Source of the DNA: Gemmatimonadota bacterium
GTDB lineage: Bacteria > Gemmatimonadota > Gemmatimonadetes > Palauibacterales > KS3-K002
Direction of reading: 5' to 3'
DNA: 64,000 nucleotides
NCBI GenBank assembly: GCA_039586795.1
Contig: JBDHJS010000002.1
Span: forward strand, 114,546-178,545
Notes under the pieces: generated by a model
Database searches by the model: none
What the model was told of the DNA's origin: nothing
Seen by the model: only the letters and a program-made list of their open reading frames with translations
Made by a program: the position numbers and the translations under genes
Shown: positions 56,216-64,000 of the stretch, in pieces
Position numbering within the stretch: position 1 is the first letter of the stretch
Layout of the letters: every line of letters begins with the position of its first letter

Positions 56216-57604
56216 CTAGGAATAGAGCCTCTCAACGGCCTGTTGGAAAGCCCGGCGCGAGTCGCTGGAAAGCCGGTACTCGCCGGTTCCATACAGGTCG
56301 TGAAACGTCAGGCTCAGCCCTAGACCAAGCGAATCGCCGTAGATCCAGACCTGGCTTTGTCCTTGTCCTTGCCGCGTTTCGAGGTGGCGGGCGACCTCGT
56401 CAGGGGGGCCCAATGTTACATACACCTCACCGCGGTCTGTGAGCCATCCCGGGCTCGCGAAGTCGGAAAATCGCTCGTTCGCCTCCTGGAGCCGACTGAA
56501 GTAGCGATCGAAGAACTCGTTCTCCGACGTATTGGGGTCCGGGTCCCTACGAATCCAGAACGCGCGCAACCGGCCTGATCGTTCCCCGGCAGGCGCCTCA
56601 CGAAGACTGTCTATCTGCGAGAACGTCCCTGCATATCTCAGATAGCTAACGGCTTCCGCGTAGCTCGAGGTCACCCAATCGGGCGCGAGGGCGACGACGA
56701 GCGAAGCGGAGTCGGCCGGCTGCTGATTCAGAAGCCCGGCGTGCAGCGTCAGCACACCCGGCGGTAGCATGCGAGCATCAATCGAGTCGATGACGGCGTT
56801 AAGCATCGCCATCGAATCGGCGCTTTCGAGCGTGTCGAGCAGGACAGTCGCTGCCTCTTCCTTGAGCTGGAGCTGAATCGCGGCTTCGGTGGTCGTGCTT
56901 TCCAGATAGACCAGGGGGCCAGGGTCTTCTAGCGACACGGTAGCCCGGGGGTTGAGGATGAGCGCCGGTGGCGCGTCGCTGGATGTGCGTGGATCGGCAC
57001 GGTAGACCAGGATGGGTTCAGTCACAGAGCTGAGCTCGAAACTCTTCACATGGAGGTCGAGGCTGACTTGGAAGCCGTCCCGGGTAGCCTGATCGCGCAC
57101 CTCGACGGTAGCCGGGTAGGCCCCGGGCTCGAGGATGAGGAAGCCTTGGAAGAGAACGCTTTCGTCTCTTCGCGCCGTTTCGCGGAACGACCGTACTCTG
57201 ACCTCCTGTATCGTCTCCAACTCGGCGAGGGGGGCGCGGCTGTCGCCGACCGTGACTGATACTCGGTAGCGGGCGAGGAACCCCTGATCGTCGCGGCGGA
57301 AACGAAGCGCGCTATTCGGCATCGAGAAGGTGAAAATGGCATAAGTGCTATCGGCGGGGCCGGGGAGGTAGACGAAGCGGCCGACCGCTGGGAAATCGTA
57401 GTCGCCGACGATGAAGCCAAGCTCGCTATAGACTTTCAGGGGGTCGGGGACCCGAGTGATTTCGGGCACCAGGTCGGTGAGGCCACTCTCGGGGGGGGGC
57501 TGTGGTGCGCAGGCGGCGGTCACCAGAGCGGCTGAGCAGAGGAAGAAAAAGAGGCCACCTCGGAGGTGGCCTCTTTCTCGAAATAGGTGTTCGACGGGGC
57601 TCAC
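56216..57604 (-). CDS. GWxTD-domain lipoprotein
   Basis: Lipobox TAAC; FW..RDP.P.T.ENE....Y..R...AN..F...GWLTDRG.VY...GPP. Confidence 0.88.
   Translation of the reverse strand: MSPVEHLFRERGHLRGGLFFFLCSAALVTAACAPQPPPESGLTDLVPEITRVPDPLKVYSELGFIVGDYDFPAVGRFVYLPGPADSTYAIFTFSMPNSALRFRRDDQGFLARYRVSVTVGDSRAPLAELETIQEVRVRSFRETARRDESVLFQGFLILEPGAYPATVEVRDQATRDGFQVSLDLHVKSFELSSVTEPILVYRADPRTSSDAPPALILNPRATVSLEDPGPLVYLESTTTEAAIQLQLKEEAATVLLDTLESADSMAMLNAVIDSIDARMLPPGVLTLHAGLLNQQPADSASLVVALAPDWVTSSYAEAVSYLRYAGTFSQIDSLREAPAGERSGRLRAFWIRRDPDPNTSENEFFDRYFSRLQEANERFSDFASPGWLTDRGEVYVTLGPPDEVARHLETRQGQGQSQVWIYGDSLGLGLSLTFHDLYGTGEYRLSSDSRRAFQQAVERLYS
57543..57576 (-). terminator. Intrinsic terminator just after exbB, inside the 5' end of the GWxTD ORF
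   Basis: Minus strand AAAGAGGCCACCT-CCG-AGGTGGCCTCTTT-TTCTT, 13-bp stem. Confidence 0.8.
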
Positions 57605-58290
57605 ACGGTCGTCGTTTTGGCTTCGATCTCGTGAAGAGCGTCGATCATCTTCTGAGCGCTCTCTTCCATCTCGAGCACCAGCTTATCGATCTCCGTCACG
57701 AAGTAGTTGTGTGCGATGTTGATCGGGATCGCGATCGTCAGACCGGAAGCCGTCGTGATCAGGGCGACCTTAATACCGCCGGCCACCGTCGTCGCTTCAA
57801 CCTCACCGGCGAGCTCGATCGCCTGGAAGGCCTGGATCATTCCGATCACCGTCCCGAGGAACCCGGTTAGCGGCGCCACGTTAGCCAGTGTCGCCAGCCA
57901 TACCAGACCGCGCTCGAGTCCCGCGAGCTCAATTAGCCCAGCGTTCTCGATCGCCTTCATGACCCGATCGGTGCCTTCGGCGCGCCTCCGCAGACCGGCG
58001 AGCAAGATCGAGGCAGCGGGCGCCTTGGACTCCTGGCAACGCCTCACGGCTTCGTCGATGCGATGCTCGGCCAGTAGCTGATCGGTCTCAGACAGTAGAC
58101 TCCGGTTCCGACCGCCCTTGATCTTGAGGTCGATGAACTTCCAGATGATGATGATCGCGCCGGCGAGTGCGAAGAACGCCAGCGGATACATCATGAAGCC
58201 GCCGTCCTTGAACGTCTGTACCAGGTCGAGTCTCTGACCCTGGCCGAGAGCCTGGACCGCCATCAGTGCGGACAGAGTGATACCGCCCAA
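57601..58290 (-). CDS. MotA/TolQ/ExbB proton channel protein
   Basis: GGFMMYPL, APLTGFLGTVIGMI, GI..ALITTASGL; TTG start with AGGAGG. Confidence 0.92.
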   Translation of the reverse strand: MGGITLSALMAVQALGQGQRLDLVQTFKDGGFMMYPLAFFALAGAIIIIWKFIDLKIKGGRNRSLLSETDQLLAEHRIDEAVRRCQESKAPAASILLAGLRRRAEGTDRVMKAIENAGLIELAGLERGLVWLATLANVAPLTGFLGTVIGMIQAFQAIELAGEVEATTVAGGIKVALITTASGLTIAIPINIAHNYFVTEIDKLVLEMEESAQKMIDALHEIEAKTTTV

Positions 58291-58399
58291 CTTGAGCCTC
58301 CTGCGTTACAGCGGCTCGGCTAAGCCGCCGTCTATGTAGTCCGTCTAGGCTGGGGAAATGCGGTGCCAAAGCTAGAGAGAGGCCCGCAGGGTGTCAAGG

Positions 58400-59398
58400 C
58401 TAGTCCAATCCGGGTCGGGAGGCCGGTCGGATCTTATGGCAGGAAGCCATTCTCCGGGGCTTTACGGCCTCCAGGCGTGGGGGCTCGGTTCGGCAAATCG
58501 TATCGACGGAGGGGTGCGGACAGCGGGTATGGAACGGGCATCCGGATGGCGGGTCGGCGGGACTCGCCATTTCGCCGCTCAGACGAATCCGCTCACGGCC
58601 GTCGCCCCCCATCGTTGGGACGGCCGAGAGCAGGGCTTGTGTGTAGGGATGGAGAGGGTCACTGAACACCGCTTCGCAATCGGCCGTCTCCACGATGCGA
58701 CCCAGGTACATCACCGCTACCCGATCGGCTACATGGCGGACCACGGACAGATCGTGTGTGATGAAGAGGTAGGTGAGGCGGAAGCGTTCCTGAAGGTCGG
58801 CCAGCAGGTTGAGAACCTGCGCCTGAACCGAGACGTCGAGCGCTGAGACGGGCTCATCGGCGACGATAAACTCGGGCTCCACAGCCAGGGCGCGGGCGAT
58901 GCCAATCCGCTGACGCTGACCGCCGGAGAACTCGTGGGGGTACTTTCGGGCGTCGTCCGGGTGCAGGCCGACAGCGTCCAGCAGCTCTTTGACGCGCTCG
59001 TCCTCGCTACCTTGAGCCAGGCTGTGTACCCGGAGTACTTCGCGGAGCGTTCCGCCTACTGTTAGTCGCGGATTCAGCGAGCCGAAAGGGTCCTGGAAGA
59101 TGATTTGAGCGCGTCTGCGAAACTGCTTCAGCCTGTCTCCCTCGAACTCCAGAATCTCTTCGCCGTCGAACCTCATGCCTCCGCCGGTCGGTTCGAGGAG
59201 TCGGAGGATCAATCGGGCCGTCGTCGTTTTCCCCGATCCGGACTCGCCGACGAGGGCCAGAGTCTCGCCGCGCTGGATCTCGAACGAAACGCCGTCGACG
59301 GCGCGAACTGACCCGGCCCGTGCGCGGAACAGCCCCGTGCGAACCGGGAAGTGCTTGACAAGTCCGTCGACGCTAAGGAGCGGCCCGTCGCTACTCAT
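58400..59398 (-). CDS. oppF: Oligopeptide/dipeptide ABC ATPase (OppF/DppF)
   Basis: [33 protein letters not shown]-terminal Cys cluster. Confidence 0.93.
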   Translation of the reverse strand: MSSDGPLLSVDGLVKHFPVRTGLFRARAGSVRAVDGVSFEIQRGETLALVGESGSGKTTTARLILRLLEPTGGGMRFDGEEILEFEGDRLKQFRRRAQIIFQDPFGSLNPRLTVGGTLREVLRVHSLAQGSEDERVKELLDAVGLHPDDARKYPHEFSGGQRQRIGIARALAVEPEFIVADEPVSALDVSVQAQVLNLLADLQERFRLTYLFITHDLSVVRHVADRVAVMYLGRIVETADCEAVFSDPLHPYTQALLSAVPTMGGDGRERIRLSGEMASPADPPSGCPFHTRCPHPSVDTICRTEPPRLEAVKPRRMASCHKIRPASRPGLD

Positions 59399-60401
59399 CC
59401 CGCTCTCCCACGCGTGCCGCCCGACGTTCCGGTTCCTCAACCAGCCAGCAGCGGCTGGCGTGCGCATCGCTACTCAGCGGCGGGCTCGACGCCTCACATC
59501 GTGCCCACGCATACGGGCAGCGCGCGTTGAACCGGCAGCCATCCGGCCAGCGTCGAGGGCTGGGAACGACGCCGGGGATGACGGCGAGTCGCGACTGTTT
59601 CTCGGTGATGCGAGGGATGGATTGGAGAAGGCCCTCTGTGTACGGGTGGCTTGGTCGAGCGAAGATGTCTTTGGCCGTGCCGCGCTCGACGACTTGACCG
59701 GCGTACATGACGAGCACCCGATCCGAGACTCGGGCTACGACGCCAAGGTCATGACTCACGAAGATCATCGCCATGCCCAGGCGCTCCTGGAGTTCCGCCA
59801 ACAGGTCGAGGATCTCGGCCTGTATCGTCACGTCGAGCGCCGTGGTGGGCTCATCGGCGATCAGGATGGCCGGGTCGCAGGCGAGCGCCATGGCGATCAT
59901 CGCCCGCTGGCGCATTCCGCCGGAGAACTCGTGCGGGTAATCATCTACTCGGCGTTCCGCGTCGGAGATGCCCACCAGCCGCAACATCTCGATGGCGCGA
60001 GCGCGTGACTCGGCGCTCGACACGCCGCGGTGCAGCTTCACGGTCTCGGCGAGCTGATCCCCGATGCTCCAGACGGGGTTGAGACTGGTCATCGGTTCCT
60101 GAAAGATCATCGAGATCTCGTTGCCACGTACGTCTCTGACGTCGTCGTCCGAGGCCTTCACGAGATCGCGATCGCGCAGTCGGATGACCGAACCCGCTTC
60201 TATGCGACCTGGTTGATCGATCAGCCGCAGGACGGAAAGGCAGGTGACCGTCTTGCCGCAGCCCGACTCGCCGACGATCCCCAGCGTTTCTCCGGCTGCC
60301 AGCTCGAAGTCCACTCCGTCGACGGCGCGTACGAGTCCATCCGACGTGTGATAGTACGTCCGCAAGTTCTCGACGGTGAGGAGTGTTTGTCTTTCGTTCA
60401 T
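59391..60401 (-). CDS. oppD: Oligopeptide/dipeptide ABC ATPase (OppD/DppD)
   Basis: [34 protein letters not shown]. Confidence 0.93.
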   Translation of the reverse strand: MNERQTLLTVENLRTYYHTSDGLVRAVDGVDFELAAGETLGIVGESGCGKTVTCLSVLRLIDQPGRIEAGSVIRLRDRDLVKASDDDVRDVRGNEISMIFQEPMTSLNPVWSIGDQLAETVKLHRGVSSAESRARAIEMLRLVGISDAERRVDDYPHEFSGGMRQRAMIAMALACDPAILIADEPTTALDVTIQAEILDLLAELQERLGMAMIFVSHDLGVVARVSDRVLVMYAGQVVERGTAKDIFARPSHPYTEGLLQSIPRITEKQSRLAVIPGVVPSPRRWPDGCRFNARCPYAWARCEASSPPLSSDAHASRCWLVEEPERRAARVGERDE

Positions 60402-60432
60402 GCTCCTATCGCGGCCGTCTAGCATTGACGGG

Positions 60433-61557
60433 CTACCGATTCAACCGTGGGTCCAGAGCGTCCCGGAGGCCGTCTCCCACCAGGTTGAGTGAGACCACGG
60501 TGAACACGATGGCGAAACCGGCAAACGTGGTGACCCAGGGCGCCGCAGTCAGGTTGGGGTAACCATCTTTGATGATGACTCCCCACGTAGGAGCCTGGAC
60601 CCCGAAGCCCAAGAAGGATAGCCCCGCTTCGATCAGTATGATGTTACCGAGCCCCAAGGTCGCGGCGACGATCACGGGTCCCATCACGTTGGGTACGATG
60701 TGACGGAAAATGATGCGTGGAGCGCCGAGCCCCAGCGCTCGGGCGGCCTCGATGAACTCCCGTTCTCGGAGCGACAGCACCTCGCCGCGGACAATGCGCG
60801 CGGTTGATGGCCAGAGCGTGAACCCGAGGACGAGGATGACTATCGTCAGCGAGATGTCGAACAAGGCGATCACGGTGATCAGCAGCACCAGCCGCGGAAA
60901 CGAGATCAGCATGTCGACGATACGCATGAGCACGTTGTCCACCGCGCCGCCGAAGTAACCCGCTACGGCACCGACGAAGGTGCCTAGGGAGATTGAAATA
61001 CTCACTGCGATGAAACCGATGGTGAGGCTGACACGGCTTCCGTATAACACGCGCGTTAGTACATCGCGGCCAAACTTGTCGGTGCCCATGGGGTGGGCGA
61101 GCGATGGCGGCAGGTTGCGGGTCGCCGCTATGTCTCCGATGTGCGCCGGATCATAAGGCGTCAGGAACGGCGTCAGCAGCGTCGCCAGACATATGATGAC
61201 CAGGAGATACATGCCGATCACGGCCAGACGGTTCTTCTGGAACTCACGCCAGGCGATCTTCCACTGCGAGCTACCCCAATCCGCTTCGAGCTCGATATTC
61301 CTTGTGAACCACGGCCCGATTCCCCAGGCGATCGCGATTATGATGACGAGGGTCAGCATAGCGACCCATTGATCGACGCGCCCGACGGAGAACGTTCCGA
61401 CGACCCGCTCGAGCCCGAAGGCGATCACGACTACCGCTGACAAGCCCAGGGCCATCATCGAGAACCCGGAACGACGCCGTCCCGAGAGGATGAGGGTGAG
61501 GCCCGGGATCAGCGTCGCGGGCGAATGGGAGCGGGATCGCTCTGGTCGCTCACTCAT
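60433..61557 (-). CDS. oppC: Oligopeptide ABC permease (OppC/DppC) with extra N-terminal TM segments
   Basis: HPMGTDKFGRD, EAARALG, EAGLSFLG, GDGLRDALDP. Confidence 0.93.
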   Translation of the reverse strand: MSERPERSRSHSPATLIPGLTLILSGRRRSGFSMMALGLSAVVVIAFGLERVVGTFSVGRVDQWVAMLTLVIIIAIAWGIGPWFTRNIELEADWGSSQWKIAWREFQKNRLAVIGMYLLVIICLATLLTPFLTPYDPAHIGDIAATRNLPPSLAHPMGTDKFGRDVLTRVLYGSRVSLTIGFIAVSISISLGTFVGAVAGYFGGAVDNVLMRIVDMLISFPRLVLLITVIALFDISLTIVILVLGFTLWPSTARIVRGEVLSLREREFIEAARALGLGAPRIIFRHIVPNVMGPVIVAATLGLGNIILIEAGLSFLGFGVQAPTWGVIIKDGYPNLTAAPWVTTFAGFAIVFTVVSLNLVGDGLRDALDPRLNR

Positions 61558-62542
61558 ACCTGATCCTCGGGTCGATCGCGGCGTACAGCAGATCGGCGAA
61601 CAAGTTGCCGATGACGACCATAACAGCGAACAGGAAACTGGTTGCCATCACAAGCGGGTAGTCACGCTGCAGGATGGCACCTACGATCGTGGTTCCCATA
61701 CCGGGCCAGGCAAAGACCGATTCAACCAGCACCGCACCGCTAAACAAGAAGGGTAGATACAGTCCGACCAGAGTGATGATCGGCAGCAGCGCGTTCTTCA
61801 GCGCGTGCTTGAGGATGACGGTTCGTTCTGACAGCCCCTTCGCCCGCGCCGTTCGGATATAGTCCTGACGGATCACTTCGAGCATCGAGCTTCGCATATA
61901 GCGAGCGACCGCCGCAGCGGATGAAACACCGAGGGCGATGGACGGCAGTACGAGATGGTAGAGTCGATCTCCGAGCTTGCTCCAGAAGCCCATCATGTCA
62001 TAGCTGACGCTCGTCATCCCGGAAATGGGGAACTTCAGCCATCCCGGCCACCATGAGATCAATTGGGGTCCGTAGGCGAAAGCCAGGATCAGCATGATCG
62101 CCAGCCAGAAGCTGGGCATTGAATAGATGAACAGCGTCCCGAACGTCAGTGTGTTGTCGAGCAGCGAGTACTGCCGCACCGCCTGCACGATCCCCACGGC
62201 GATTCCAATGGCGAATATCAAGATGAGCGACGTGCCGCTCAGGATGAGCGTGTTCGGAATGCGATCTGCCAGAATCGTCTCAATTTCTCTGTGCTGGGAA
62301 TAGCTGTAGCCAAAATCTCCCGAGAGAAAGTTCGTCAGCCACTTGAGGTACTGAACGTGGATGGGGTCGTTGAGGCCCCAATTCTCTCGCAGTTGCTCAA
62401 GCACTTCAGGCGATACGTCCGGGCGGATGAGCATCGCGGTGGGGTCGCCGGGGGCCAGGTGCATGAGCAAGAAGATGAGCGTCAGTATGCCGAGGATGAG
62501 CGGGACGGCTTGCAGAAGACGTCGGGCGGCGTAGCGGATCAT
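61550..62542 (-). CDS. oppB: Oligopeptide ABC permease (OppB/DppB)
   Basis: PGDP, GDFGYS, DYIRTARAKGL, VFAWPGMG, DPRIR. Confidence 0.95.
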   Translation of the reverse strand: MIRYAARRLLQAVPLILGILTLIFLLMHLAPGDPTAMLIRPDVSPEVLEQLRENWGLNDPIHVQYLKWLTNFLSGDFGYSYSQHREIETILADRIPNTLILSGTSLILIFAIGIAVGIVQAVRQYSLLDNTLTFGTLFIYSMPSFWLAIMLILAFAYGPQLISWWPGWLKFPISGMTSVSYDMMGFWSKLGDRLYHLVLPSIALGVSSAAAVARYMRSSMLEVIRQDYIRTARAKGLSERTVILKHALKNALLPIITLVGLYLPFLFSGAVLVESVFAWPGMGTTIVGAILQRDYPLVMATSFLFAVMVVIGNLFADLLYAAIDPRIRYE

Positions 62543-62585
62543 CGCGATCGTGACCGGTCAGCGGCGGGGCCCAATGTCGAGGCCG

Positions 62586-64000
62586 TCACCTGTCGATGGT
62601 CCACTCATGGAGGTTTTGGTAGACGCCGTAAATATCTATCGTAGCTCCACTTACGCGATCACTCATTCCCACTGTTTCGGTGAAGAACCATAGGAACGCG
62701 TAAGGCCGGTCGTGGGCAATCTGGACGCCAGCGGCGCGCCAATAAGGGATGGCCTCGGCTGGCGTTCCAGCCTCCAGCGCCTTGGGAAAGAGCGTGTCGA
62801 GCGCAGCGCTCGTGTAACCCGTGATGTTGTACGGAGCATCGACGGGCCAGAATTGCAGCGTCAGGTAGTCAAAGTTCAGGGTCACCGAAAAGCCGAACAA
62901 CGCGGCATCGAAGTCGTTCTGGTTGAAGATGAGATCGATGGCGGCAGAACGATCCAGCATGCGCAGAGTGACGTCAATACCGATCTCCCTCAATTGCGCC
63001 TGTATGATCTCCGCCGCCGAGCTGCGGCGTGTATTACTTGCGTCGGTCACCAATACGAGGGCGAACGGTTCCCCATCGCGATCGAGGGTGGCGTCGCCGT
63101 CCGAGTCGGACCAGCCGACGGCGGCAAGCAGCGCGCGTGCGCTGTCCGGGAGATAGGGGTCTGGCCGCACGGATGGATCGATGAGTGCGGGGAAGAGGGG
63201 TGACAACGGGCCCGGTGCGGGTGTGGCGTAGTCTTCCAGCCCCAGCCCATCGATGATGCTGTTGCGGTCGATGGCGTAGGAGAGGGCGCGCTTTACGTGC
63301 TGGCCACCATACTTGTCATAGCGCGCGGAATTCCACGCGACGAAGTCGTAGTAGCGATACCCGGTTGTCCTCACATGGATTCCGGTTTCCTGATCCAATG
63401 CCCGAGCGTCGGTGAGCGAGACCGGGTTGATGACGTCGACGCTTCCGTTCTTGATAGCGAGCACGCGGGTCGCGTCGTCCGGAATCACGCGAAAGACGGC
63501 GCGGTCCAATTTCGGAGCGCCAGCCGCCGAGCTTGGGTTGGGTATCAATTCGAGTTGCTCACCGGAGCGCACGGACCCGATCTTGAAAGGACCGCTAACC
63601 ACAGTTTCGGGGCCGGGATTGACGATGCTTGCGTGACTCGCGAATGCGTCACGGTTGGCGGGGAGAGATCCGTAGACATGCTGGGGCATGATGCTCATGC
63701 CGGAATGCATGAACATTCTGGGGTGCTGTCGCTTGAAATAGAAGGCAACCCGTCGGTCATCTAGCGCAGCGACCGAGTCGAGCTCTTCCCAGAACGATTG
63801 GTAAGGCGAGCCGAAATCTTCACGTCCTACGAGCTGATAGCTAAAGACAACATCGTCCGCATCTATCGGCTCACCGTCAGACCATACCAGATCTTGTCTC
63901 AGGTGATAGACCAGGACCGTGGAGTCCTCGTTGAGCTCCCAGCGTTCAGCAAGCGACATTTCGCTGATCGAATAATCGGGCATGCCGTCGTTCCAGCTAG
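62586..64000 (-). CDS. Peptide ABC substrate-binding protein (family 5); 5' end outside the window
   Basis: LAERWE, WSDGEP.DADDV.FS, SGPF, A..LL...GW.D.DGD; frame open to the window edge. Confidence 0.9.
   Translation of the reverse strand, partial: SWNDGMPDYSISEMSLAERWELNEDSTVLVYHLRQDLVWSDGEPIDADDVVFSYQLVGREDFGSPYQSFWEELDSVAALDDRRVAFYFKRQHPRMFMHSGMSIMPQHVYGSLPANRDAFASHASIVNPGPETVVSGPFKIGSVRSGEQLELIPNPSSAAGAPKLDRAVFRVIPDDATRVLAIKNGSVDVINPVSLTDARALDQETGIHVRTTGYRYYDFVAWNSARYDKYGGQHVKRALSYAIDRNSIIDGLGLEDYATPAPGPLSPLFPALIDPSVRPDPYLPDSARALLAAVGWSDSDGDATLDRDGEPFALVLVTDASNTRRSSAAEIIQAQLREIGIDVTLRMLDRSAAIDLIFNQNDFDAALFGFSVTLNFDYLTLQFWPVDAPYNITGYTSAALDTLFPKALEAGTPAEAIPYWRAAGVQIAHDRPYAFLWFFTETVGMSDRVSGATIDIYGVYQNLHEWTIDR

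Overview
A GC-rich bacterial chromosome segment with about 50 densely packed protein genes. I found no rRNA, tRNA, CRISPR array, integrase or transposase. Gene content (GWxTD lipoprotein, DUF5916, carboxypeptidase-domain TonB receptor, short RpoD/SigA-family sigma lacking region 1.1, several outer-membrane barrels) suggests a diderm FCB-group organism, most likely Gemmatimonadota; this is inference. Housekeeping-type genes include polA, csp, a lytic transglycosylase, an Opp/Dpp ABC system, FKBP, PP2C, an HD dNTPase, a ferredoxin and a PsuG-like enzyme. Several poorly explained modules stand out: (i) small subunit + GMC oxidoreductase + atypical ThDP enzyme + TonB receptor, divergent from a class II aldolase; (ii) radical SAM + Aur1/IPC-synthase-like PAP2 pair, a candidate lipid-modification system; (iii) ArsS-like radical SAM + metallophosphoesterase; (iv) biotin ligase-oadGAB-malic enzyme with a divergent Na+/solute symporter; (v) ArsR-TolC-MFP-RND-PII-like-DUF2892; (vi) ExbB with no ExbD, coupled to a GWxTD lipoprotein. 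The main non-coding signal is a family of degenerate 7- and 8-mer tandem-repeat palindromes at gene 3' ends that overlap stop codons. All product calls come from motif recognition by eye; no database search was run.
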